Shown here piece by piece: positions 1 to 10,949 of a stretch of DNA of 64,000 nucleotides. Each line of letters begins with the position of its first letter. Position 1 is the first letter of the stretch. The DNA lies in assembly GCA_002189035.1 (NCBI GenBank), contig NEEC01000011.1, forward strand, positions 372,001 to 436,000. The letters are read 5' to 3'. The DNA comes from Utricularia gibba. Its lineage: Eukaryota; Plantae; Magnoliophyta. Below the pieces are notes generated by a model that had not been told where the DNA came from, made no database searches, and saw nothing but the letters and a program-made list of their open reading frames with translations. The position numbers were made by a program, and so were the translations under genes.

Positions 1-784
1 CTATTTTATTGAAAGTAAATAAAATAAAATAAATAAAAAAAACCAACTTATTTTTGAATGGCAACAAGTAAACCATACCTTGGTAAAAGATTAACGTGAT
101 CGGTATGGAAATGTGTGAAAGCGAAAAGCAAACCTTTTGAATTTTCCATGAAGTTTCTTTCATTTTCTATTGCTCCATTTTGAAAGAGTCTCTTGGTGGC
201 ACAAATCACAGCCCATCTTGATCTCAATTTTCCTGCAAAAAACTGATTCTGTGAAGAGAAAATAGAAAATTCATGACCTTTTATATGTCTCATCTTGCGT
301 AAGTGCCAATCACGCCATTTTTTTATTTGCTCTTTGTACAGCTCAAATGGAAAGCTCCAGTGCATGGAATCAACACATGGAATTGTGATCAAAGCTTCCT
401 TGAGTTGCTGCATTCTACAAAAGAAATCCTTGTCAAAAACAAAAACATATTCTTCAATTAAATCCTTACTTGTAATAACAAGTTCTTCTTCCTTCAAATT
501 TTTTTCTATGAAGCTTAGAGACCTTTGAACCTCCTCTTGATGTGTGTCCTAATCACATAATTCGTGGGTATGGTCCTCAAAAAGATATGCTACTTGCAAA
601 TGTTCATGCGCAACACAATCTGCTTCTGTAGCTTGCACAAGGTCAGAGACACGCATTGTTGGAACTCCATCTTCAGTTTCAATATCCTCGCATCTGGTGG
701 GGGTCAATTCCAATTGACATGAATACTTTGGTGTGTAGATGGCTTCCAAATCATTCAATTGAGCTTCCAGCATTTGATTTTTAG

Positions 785-1567
785 TTATAGTTGTTGCAAC
801 TTGTCATTCATGCCATGCAATCTCTTCATTTGATCTGAAAATTCTTCTTTCACTTGCTTGAATTGCTCAATGACCCCATCTTTCATCTTCTTAATCTGAT
901 CAAATAATTCACTATTCATCTGTTGTTGTCTTTCGACGAATTGGCTCATCATACCTCTAAAAGATGGGCATTGAGGTTGTCTCCAATTCTGATTTGAAAT
1001 CTGGTTGTTGTCAACCCAATTCCCATGACTTTCTCCTTGTGCAAGTCTACTGTCAGGCCTCATGAATTTCTCCTCTAACTCTTCATCTTCATAATCACTT
1101 CCAAAATCATTGTCCTCCGAATCTAACGATGAATAAGATTGATACCAGGTGTATTGTTGATTTCTGGTCCTCCAATCTTTTTCGTACCCAACATCATTAC
1201 AATAAGTATGAGATTCATTCACAGTCTTTTCTCTGGTGTAGTAACGATTTGTTGCTAGAAGTGTATTTTGTTTTTTCGTCCGCGCTTGTGCAAGCGTCAA
1301 TTGATCGCTGTTGTACCTGCCTGAAGATGTCAATTCTGAATATGAAATCAAATGATTTACGTGATGGCCATATGATTTGTGCTCCAGAATGCATCTCTCA
1401 ACACGTGATTCTTCAGGATAAAACAAGTCATCCATCTTCCAAGACAGCATCCTAGAATCTGCCACCCAAGGATAATATTGTTGTGCAAATCGGTTTCCTG
1501 ATCTAATTCGCCCATCAATTTTCTCGAATTCGAGATTAAGGATTACATCTCGATCAAGTCTCCTCAT
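785..1567 (-). CDS. Open 260-aa gag-derived ORF of the deleted Athila element (capsid core not recognisable)
   Basis: Lies just after the PBS. N-terminus and coiled-coil C-terminus (continuing as MLEAQLNDL in ORF 549-773) resemble the ends of Athila gag. Confidence 0.5.
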   Translation of the reverse strand: MRRLDRDVILNLEFEKIDGRIRSGNRFAQQYYPWVADSRMLSWKMDDLFYPEESRVERCILEHKSYGHHVNHLISYSELTSSGRYNSDQLTLAQARTKKQNTLLATNRYYTREKTVNESHTYCNDVGYEKDWRTRNQQYTWYQSYSSLDSEDNDFGSDYEDEELEEKFMRPDSRLAQGESHGNWVDNNQISNQNWRQPQCPSFRGMMSQFVERQQQMNSELFDQIKKMKDGVIEQFKQVKEEFSDQMKRLHGMNDKLQQL

Positions 1568-1659
1568 ATCTACACAAGCAAATGATGAACGAAAATCGAA
1601 AACAAAAATAAGAAATAACCTAAAACAAAATCAAAAAAGAAAAGCCAAAGGAATACAAT

Positions 1660-1677
1660 TCCCCAGCAACAGCGCCA
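1660..1677 (-). promoter_or_regulatory. Primer-binding site complementary to tRNA-Asp
   Basis: Minus strand reads TGGCGCTGTTGCTGGGGA versus the canonical Athila TGGCGCCGTTGCCGGGGA (two C>T changes), 6 nt after the LTR end. Confidence 0.85.
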
Positions 1678-1683
1678 AAAACT

Positions 1684-2751
1684 TGATGGTGAATCTACAA
1701 GTGCACAGAACCTGTCAAAGTAATAAAATAAGATCGTATCCACAGAGAATTGTTATTGAAATTTTCTTTTCAAAACAAAGACTTAAAAAGAATGAAAACA
1801 AAAGAAAGATTTGGTTTTAAAAATAGTAAGAAAATTGGCTTTGGATCCAGGATTCACCTTGCTTAAAACTCGCCCAAACTTATGTGTGTAAACCTTGAAA
1901 ACTGACCTGCTTGCGCAAGCTTTGGGGGTGTTATTCTAAAATAGTGCTACTCGGTAACCGTTATAGCACCGTCCCTTGTTTTGTGGGATTATGGGATCAA
2001 CCACGCCACTAGAGCTATTTCACCTCGTTTGATAAACCGTGTTTTCCCCACACCCAAATCTAACTCCTACCCTTCACACCTCGGAGACAGATTAGACAGA
2101 ATGTGTCTTACCAACGATGTCCGATTGAGCCCTTCTCCTTAGGTGCTTGAGGCCAACCTTTGATCCGAAAAACAGAATAAAACCTCAATTTAAATGTCGA
2201 AAAACATAGTAAAACAGTCACACGCGCAAGACTTGCGCAAGCAAGGCTTCACCATAGATTCTCAGCCGCAAGCGCCTACACGTGCAGACTCAACTCTAGC
2301 ATGAAAATAGACATGAAAATAGGAAAAATTCAAAGGAGAAGTGGTCAAAGGACGTCTCTAATGGTTGAGAGTGTGAAGTATTTAAAGGAGACTAGATTCA
2401 AGTTTTCGTATTGGGCTTGGATAAAATCTTTTATCCAATCTTTTATCCAAATCTTCGAAGATCATCTTTATATCTCTATTTTATCCATGAATCTTGAACC
2501 AAATCTTCATCGTTTGACCGAGTCTTGAGCTAAGATTCGTGGCCCATCAAGTCCATAATTTGATGGATCTTGATTTCTCCTCAAATTGATTCAAAAATCC
2601 ACAAAATACACTTTCTCTCCAAAAGATCAAATTAGTGTGAAAGATGCAAAATCAATTGATAAGAATGAGAAAGTGGAGTCTAAGATAAGTAAAAACAATA
2701 CTCAAGAGTAATAGAAGAATATGTTTTGGAACGACACAAAATCACTTATCA
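1684..2751 (-). repeat. Athila family-1 5' LTR (about 1.07 kb)
   Basis: On the minus strand it starts TGATAAGTG and ends CCATCA, directly followed by AGTTTT and the PBS. Homologous copies at about 28680-29030 and 47341-48380. Confidence 0.8.
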
Positions 2752-2779
2752 TATACATCTTGTGATACTTTTATTATGA

Positions 2780-3290
2780 CAAACTATCAATCTTGAAAGT
2801 AAAAAATGTAGAAAAAGAAGGTGTGAAGATTCAAGTAGAGGAAGGAATGGAATCTCCGCAACACGAAGTATGTCCTATGGGTCAAATAGGAGTGATGCAA
2901 ATGAATAGAAGTGGTAGTAGTTGCTCAAGTTTTATTCTAGATTCAGCACTAAGTCAATATAATGGGCATGTTATTGGACTTCGAGATGTTGTTCAAGGGC
3001 AGAACCTCGTATGGCAGCAATATAACGAACTCCAAACATTGAAGTTAGGAAATTGTGTTGACTTAATATGGATGATTGTACTCCCCAACAATGGAGCTTG
3101 TATAATTTAGCCATGTTGAGACTTCAAGCAATGATGCAATCTCCAATTCAAGTTAGTTTGGGAACGACGCAAGGTGATCATGGACAAATACATAATGATG
3201 ATACTATAGACTTGGGTGATAGATCGAGTGACATGGATGGAGCATAACCTCATGTTCTTTCTTTTGCTTTCACACTTGCATTTTCTTTCC
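2780..3290 (+). pseudogene. Possible remnant of PIF/Harbinger ORF1 (Myb/NAM-associated protein C-terminus)
   Basis: Position just upstream of the PIF transposase, and a CPMGQ segment resembling the RPxGxKAAK motif. Weak. Confidence 0.25.
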
Positions 3291-3617
3291 GACTTGCTTT
3301 TGTTTTCAAACTTATGGTCATGGTCTAGCATCTGTTGAAAGATATTTAAAGCTATGGAATATTTTGAAGCTTGATCGTAAAGTAGATGCATGTTTATTTT
3401 AGAATATTTCAGACTTCTTTTCTTTTCTTTTTTTACTTCTTTCTCTTATTTTTATCTTCATTTTTCATATTTTTCTCTATAAAATACTACATATCTTTTC
3501 ATATTATTAAGTTTTTCATGGATTGTCTGAATTTTCCCTTCTTCATTCCAACAGCAAATGAGAACTTTGAAGGTATAATTGAAGCAAGATATAACTATAT
3601 TTTACGGAATTATGTAG

Positions 3618-6171
3618 ATGGTTAAGGAGGGTCAAGACATTGTCAAGCACCTCATCACTATATCGAGTGTGAATGTAAAGCAGGCCATGCTAGATTATCT
3701 TAAGATTATTTTTCAAAGCAGCCAACATATAATGATGACATGTTTAGAAGAAGATTTTCAATGCAATGTCCTGTCTTTTCACAAATTGTTGATGCCCTAC
3801 AACACTTGTATCCTTTTTTTTCAAGATAAACTTGATGCTACTGGTTGAGTAAGTCTTTCATCCCTCCAAAAATGCACTACTTCTATTTGTATGTTGGCAT
3901 AAGGTTGTAGTGCTAATTGTGTGGAAGAGTATGTATGTATTGGAGAGACTAACTCACTCGATTGTCTTCAACATTTTGGTTTTGGAATCTGTGCAAATTT
4001 TGAGGAGCAATACATGATAAATGATAAATGAAAATTTCTTAAAATTGTTGCAAAAAATGAAATCTTCATATCAAATAAATTTATAAACCCTAATCCTCAC
4101 AAAATACAAAATAAATACAAAATGTAAAATGGAATTCGAGGTCGATCACAAGTAGCCAATGCTTGCAAAGTGTTTTAACAAATGCAAAATTCAGAATAAA
4201 CGTTGTTCTTAGTCTAAGCTCAAACTAACAGTGGTAGGCAAGTTTAATAAACAAGATCAAGTCTCAATGCTGAAAATAACAGATATTGATTCTAGTACAA
4301 AATAATACTAAAATGCCTCAAGAGTATGGAGGTGATATAGTACTAAAATCTCTAATTTAATGTATTAAGTTTCTATATTTACAATTCCAAATAACCTAAG
4401 TTTACCTAGATCATTCATCATATTTTTGGCTAACATAGTCTCCAATATCATCACCAACATCGCAATTAGTTTTACCTGCATGCAAAGTATATGAACTAGA
4501 TCTACTCGGTTCTACTAGTTCTACCCTAAAATAATGTCTACTGCTTTCGTCTTGATTTGTTGATTTACCTCTAAATCAAGCATCTGAATTATGAAACTGC
4601 TTGTTTCCTTCCCTTAGGTCTACCTGAGGATTGATAGAAACAAATATTAAGAAACAATGATCAATTGTATTATAAACTCTATTCCCACATTACCATTTTA
4701 CACCTTAAGGCATCTCTAAGGTTTAGATACTCATGTATGGAAGATAGAACATAATATTATTAAGATGGAATAGCGAAAGTATCAAAGTCATCATGAGAAA
4801 ACTAGTCACATAAACTTAAAACATTCAGCAAATGAAAAGAAAATAAAGAGTGTTCTGATTCCCGCTACTACTATTCATGGCCCGGAATAGTAACACTCAA
4901 TTGGGTCTTGATGGTGTTCTTGGGGATGAAATCTTTCTCACGAGGATCTCCTTCACCACTCTGGTTGGTGTTTCTGTGGTGCTCTTTTAGGAGCCTCTTT
5001 GTGTGTTGTTGTTGAAGCTCACTAAGTTCTCTTTTTTTGCTATTCTCTCTCCTCCTCCAAAAAATATCTCACTTCCTTTACTTTAATGTACTATTCCTGA
5101 TACCAGTACTATTTTCAGTCTGAATTTGCAGACTGCGGATGGTAGAATAGTGCTTTTTGTCTCTCTTCGGATATTGTGGCGTCTTCTACTAATTCCACAC
5201 ATCTTTGAGTGTGATTTGATACTAATCCTCCTATCAGACTGAATCAAGAATCAGTGACAAAAGGTGGACTAAATTCATTTTTTAATATAAACACGAAATT
5301 AAGCTAAACAATACACAAAACATGAAAAACCACACAAACCAACCTAAACCAAAGTAAAACATAATAATTTTGCATTATAAATGCAAAGAAAATGTGTGTC
5401 ATCAAGAACCCCAACGGTGGAAGACCTACAACATTTACTAGCATTTGGGGAGACTTGTGGATTTTGAGACATGCTTGGTAGTGTGGATTATATGCATTGA
5501 GAATGGAAGAATTGTTATATTGCATAGCAAGAATTATATTCATGTGGTGATCATAAAAAACCAACACTAATGTTAGAGGCAGTTGTTTCAATTGACACCT
5601 GGATCTGACATGCTTTCTTTGGAATGCCAAATTTAAATAATGATTTAAATGTGTTATGTCATTCTCTTTTATTGCAGGTTTTTTCATCTTGGTGTTGTCC
5701 CAAGAGTTCAATTTTATCGAATGAACACACATATCATTCTAGTTACTTTTTGGCTGATGATATTTATATTGATTGGCCTGTTTTTGTTAAATCAATCACA
5801 CTCCCCAAGGTCTAAAAAGAAAGAAGTTTGCTCAACATCAAGAGAGTGCAAGAAAAGATGTGGAAGTCACTTTCGGTATATTACAAAGTTAGTTTGCTAT
5901 TATGACAACATTGGCAAGGGTATGGGATCGAGATACACTTGCCGATATTATGTACGCAAGTATAATAATGCACAATATGATTATTGAAGATGAAAGTTAT
6001 GCAATTCCTCCACCTATAGCTAAAACTCAATATGATCAAGTAAGAGTCGAAGATCTAAGATTAAATTTGAATGTGGAGCTCAAGATCAATTCCTTTCTTG
6101 CTCGAGTAGCTCAATCTAAAGATTCTGTTCTTCATCTTCGATTAAAGAACGACTTGATGGATCATATTTAG
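3618..6171 (+). mobile_element. PIF/Harbinger transposase pseudogene (plant DDE nuclease), split by a solo LTR
   Basis: Motifs DYF..PTY..MFRRRF, QKCT, MLGSVDYMH*EWKNC, MLEAV, HAFFGMP..NNDLNVL, ARKDVE..FGILQ, IMYASIIMHNMIIEDE, LKNDLMDHI, with several stops and frameshifts. Confidence 0.92.
4022..5404 (-). mobile_element. Athila family-2 solo LTR, copy A (inside the PIF transposase)
   Basis: Reverse complement of copies B and C, TGAT...ATCA ends, transposase continues on both sides. TSD degenerate (ATAAA/AGAAC). Confidence 0.85.
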
Positions 6172-6416
6172 ACTAAGTTTGGCTAGCAACAATGAAGTTT
6201 GTAAATTCAAATCGTTGTTATTTTTTATGTTCCGTTTGTTAATTTTATATTCAAATATTTTATGGCTTTTTATTTTAATTATTTTGTAAATTCTAAATTG
6301 GTTGGTTGGATATGGATGTAAAAAATTAGGACGGATAGTTAATAATCCTACATGTAATAATATATTTTATAAAATAATTAATTGAAAATAAATTTACTAA
6401 ATATCCGAAGGTACAT

Positions 6417-6433
6417 GGTTGGAGATGCCATTA
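6417..6433. repeat. Right terminal inverted repeat of the PIF element plus TTA target site
   Basis: GGTTGGAGATGCCA followed by TTA matches the PIF/Tourist end pattern GTTGGAGATGC(T/C) plus TAA/TTA. Left TIR not seen in the window. Confidence 0.6.
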
Positions 6434-6685
6434 TAAACTTTGCGTGAGTGCGCCAGGTAAACTGTGAAAAAAAAATAGATGAAAATAGGAATGTGGGGTG
6501 GTGTGCGAAGCTCACCCGAAAAGAGAAAAGGAGAAAGCTCACCCACAGAACTCTATTCTGTGGCGGCATTTCAGATAAGGGAAGGTGTGACAGACCGGGA
6601 ATCATAAGCCGTTAGTTGAGTTGTTTCCGTAAGAGCGCCATCACCCAGAGTGAGCCTCTGGTGAAGGCGAACTGGAAGAGAAGCA

Positions 6686-8942
6686 ATGGCTTTGTGCAGC
6701 CCGCGGCTTCACAAGTTGATGATAAACGAGATTTGCTGCTGTAGTTACGACTGTAAGAGAAGCCAAGTCAGGAAAATCCTGCCCAAGAAGCTTAAGCAAC
6801 AGAGAAGAATTTGCCCGGCGATAGCCATCGACGGACAAGATTCAGTGGCCTCCGTATCTGGGATTAGATGGGGGTGCGCTGAACTCAAGGGCGCCCGGGA
6901 AGAAATGGAGGATGAAGCTGTGGTCATTCAGTCTGATGGACTTCATGGATTTACTTATGCTGCGGTCTTTGATGGCCATGCGGGATTTTCGTCTGTTCAA
7001 TTCCTCAGGTTAGTTGAAGTCATGATGCAAGTTTCTTGTTTTTGGAGGATGCCGCTATATTGAGTTTGTCATCTTGTGTACATGGCCAATTTTGCTGCAG
7101 TGAAATTAATGTTCTGAAAAATCTCAAAGTTCCCAAGTATCATTGTAGGAATGCGTTTCAGTACCAAACCGGTCTTAACGAAGGAGAAGACGTCGTTAAC
7201 TGACTTTTCTTTTCACTACAGGGATGAACTATACCGGGAATGTGTTGAATCCTTAAAGGGTGGTCAGTTGTTAGACGAAAAGAACTTCATTGCAATAAAA
7301 AAGGCTATGGAAGAAGCTTTTCTAAATGCTGATTCAAGACTGTTGGAATTGTAACCTTTTTTCATGCTTTTTTGTTAAATTAGACTATAACGCGTATGTC
7401 GACTCCGAGTGATTGCATATGTGATTGTAATGAAGGATTTTTTTTGTAAAGGCTTGAGTCAAATGGAGAAGAAGACGAGTCTGGCTCAACAGCAACAGCT
7501 ATTTTTGCCAGGAGCGATGTGATCTTCATTTCACATCTTGGTGATTCATCAGTGGTATGCTTTAATTGGTTTCAGCTTTTTTAAAAAAAATTTCTCAAAC
7601 ATTTTCTAGAGTCTTGTGAAAGCAGGTCCTCTCAAGCTCTGGGAAATCTCGCGTTTTAACTGATTCTCACCGGCCCTATGGAAGGAGTTCAGTTTCTTTA
7701 CAAGAAATAACTCGAATTAGAGAAGCTGGTGGATGGGTATGCTTCTCTAATGGCCTCTTTATGTGACAAAGGTTGATTGATCTATGCCCTTGTTTAACTT
7801 TGATATATTTTATCAGATTACCAGTGGGAGGATTTGCGGGGAAATATCTGTATCACGTGCATTTGGTGATATTCGATTTAAGACCATGAAAAACAAGTGA
7901 GTTCTTGCTTCTTTGGTTCTTTCATTTGCTTTTCCTCGTCATAGGCGTTTTTTTCTTTTTTTTTTTTTTTTCACAAACTCATTTCCGTGCCAGGCTGCTG
8001 ATGAAAGGGTTGAGGATGGTCGATGGTCTGAAAAGTTTGCCTCCCGGTAAGTTGAAAAGTATATGCAACAAATATTGTGAGATTTTTACCACTTTGCTGT
8101 CTGCTATGTTATCAAAGTTAACCTTTTTGCCAGCATACGATTTAAAGGAGACTTGGTCACAGCATTTCCTGATGTGTATCAAGTAGCTCTTGGGCCAGAC
8201 TCCGAGTTCATTATCTTAGCAACAGATGGCCTCTGGGATTACATAAATAGGTGAAACTGGCACGACTATCTATACTTGCAATACCCTGATGAGTTTGATT
8301 TTTATGCCCTCATTATGACACCAGCTCAGATGCTGTCAACTTTGTGAGAAACCAGTTTAGCAAGCATGGAGATGCTCAGGTAATCAAACCATTAGCTTAT
8401 TATATATTTGATGTGTTCCATGTTGGTAGCAAAGAAAAAAATGCTTTGTTTCCTTTTCAGATGGCTTCTGAAGCATTAGCCCAGATGGCTCTGGTACAAA
8501 CTCGAACTGTCCTTATGAAGTTCACATTCCAAACAGTCCAAAGTTGAGGACAACCTCAAGTAGCTTGTTTTTTTACGTGCTACAGGTGAAAGGTTCTCAA
8601 GATAACGTCACCATTATCATTGGCGATTTTGGGTATCTCTTGTTCCTTTCACATAATCTCTTGCAAACAAAAAAACCCTTTCAAATAAAGCAGATGGGGA
8701 AACTTGTTTTGTATAATGGCTTTTATATCTCGCACTTGCATGGGATTATCTATCTCATCTGATGTTTGAAGCATTAGAAAATGGCCATTCCAGTTGAGTG
8801 CTTGTAATGTTTGAACAGGCGAACTGAGTGGCAAAGTTTATCAGAAGAGAAGCAAAACCTTCCTTACGAGGTAGGGCAGGCTGTGGCCACAGTTGGGTTA
8901 GTGCTGCTTGGAATATGGATGTCAACTATGCCATCATCTTGA
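6686..8942 (+). CDS. PPH1: Thylakoid-associated protein phosphatase 2C (PPH1/TAP38, PP2C57), 11 exons, apparent -1 frameshift in exon 6
   Basis: Exons 6686-7008, 7222-7350, 7452-7554, 7626-7736, 7817-7896, 7994-8046, 8134-8250, 8325-8379, 8461-8493, 8586-8632, 8819-8942. Motifs EEMED, VFDGHAG, HLGDS, SRAFGD, ATDGLWD, SQDN, GRWSEKF and a C-terminal TM helix match TAP38. Confidence 0.93.
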
Positions 8943-10949
8943 AAACAAGGTAATTGTTTGTAGACAGTGATACATACATACATCAGAAGCCACATCCATG
9001 TTGCCATGGTCTGTTGTGTAAAATACATTATCATGACCTGTCTATCCACTTCAACTTGTGTGTCAAACCAGCCAGCCAGCCAGCCAGCATTCTTCATCGC
9101 GAGATGGTTGGCATATATATATGATGCATGTTGCGGAAAGTTGAGTTAATGTAGTAGTGTACCAGGGATGATGCTGTGTCTGTGCTCCACTGGTTCCCCT
9201 TCATACTCCTCACTCTTTCCAGGCAATCTTGATTGATGCAGGGAAAAAGCTTTATTTGAAGCTCACCATTTACATAACCAAGTAGCAGTAGCAATGGTTT
9301 TGCCTCCAAACTCCCCTGCCTTCTCCCGACCGGATCATTTATCTGGTTTAATAAATGATCACATCAACTATAATCATTTATTTATTTATTTAAAAAACAA
9401 TGCATGCCAATGTTTTTTTGTATTTCTTACTACTCTTTTACTCATATTTTTAAAATTAATAATACATTTATTATTTTTTTGCAGAAAACAGATACGTTAC
9501 ACAATAGGATTTTTATCTCTTATGATTAAAAATAAATAAATAAATAAATAATATTGTAGTTAAACAATCAATCGAGAGAATTTTATAAACAATTATTTAA
9601 TCAAATGATATATATTATACATTAATTTAAATATTTAATAATTATATAACAATAGGTTCCCAAACGTTATTTTAGATGTTCTTTTTATTAATTTTCATTG
9701 TCATTCATGTGTATTCTTACTTTTTGGAAAATTTGTAATCCAGAATAATAATACAATTTTAATGTGAAAAAATTTAAAAAAAGATTTGTTATTTCGAATT
9801 ATTTCTATTGTAGGCATATCTGAATTTTTTTCCAAACTTATCATTATAATTTGAAAACAAGAAAATTTCATAAAAAAATTCGAAGGTTTATAATTTGACA
9901 AAGTTAATCTTCAATTTTAATATAAATGACACAAGTGATCTCCAAAATTTTGTATACTTAATATAATTAATATCCAAAGTTTGGTGTATGTGACACAATT
10001 AATATCCAAAGCATGTTTAATACCCAATGCTTGAATATTGGATGTAATTAGTCATCACTATTTAAAACTTAGGTAAGATTAATCTCCACTGTTTCAATAA
10101 TTGGAATATTTAGTTATCAAATCAAATGGACATAACAAATTGTCATTGTTTTGGTTTATAGTAAAATTAATCTCCAATGTAAGTATATATTTTTTCAAAA
10201 CTATACACAATCTCATATCTTCACCATTCTACTGCACCATCGTTACCAAACCTATAGCTTGCATGTTGTGCCTCACCTATTGCCCATGTCAGGGATCATT
10301 GTATATGAGTAAATTTTTGATATAGCATTGATAAAAAAAAAAAAAAGCTTAGTAAATAATAATTGTTTGGTTTTTCTTGTTCCATAACACTGTATAGCAA
10401 TAATACATACATCTTGTATTTAAATTTATGGCACATTCCTATGAAATGTCTTTTTGAAAAAGCTATTCAATTTATTTTCAATATGGAAAGAGAAATTGAT
10501 CACAAAACCTATGAAATGTCAAATTTTGATTATGCTGTCCAATTTATTTCAATACAAAGAAAGATATTAACTATAACATATACGAAACAGCTTATTTATT
10601 ATGTACCATACTTTTTTTTTAAATAAATTTTTGTATATTTAATATTTATGATCTTTTTTAATTAATACTATATATATATAATATATCTTTATATTTTTAC
10701 AATAAATTTCTTTAATTGTACATAAGTTATAATAGAAAATACTATGAAAAATAATAATTTTTATTTAAGAAAACATTGGAATCTACCAAATATTCTTTTA
10801 AAACGGAAATTTAATGCTACAGAGATGATTGGTTGTACATTGTTGTTGCCATTCTTAGTCGCAAACTATGATGCGGATCTAATATTAAGTGTCTACTTTA
10901 AACTACTAAGATTTAATGGCATGCATTTTACTCTCATAGGAAGCATATC

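Larger units (their letters stand above)
1..2751 (-). mobile_element. Internally deleted Athila-type Ty3/gypsy element (family 1): 5' LTR, PBS, gag-like ORF, RT and integrase fragments; continues beyond the left edge
   Basis: LTR with TGAT...ATCA ends at 1684-2751, tRNA-Asp-type PBS at 1660-1677, gag-like ORF 785-1567. ORF 48-497 carries the RT-connection motif (LKEALITIP..WSFPFEL) and the Athila integrase tail (GKLRSRW). Confidence 0.85.
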
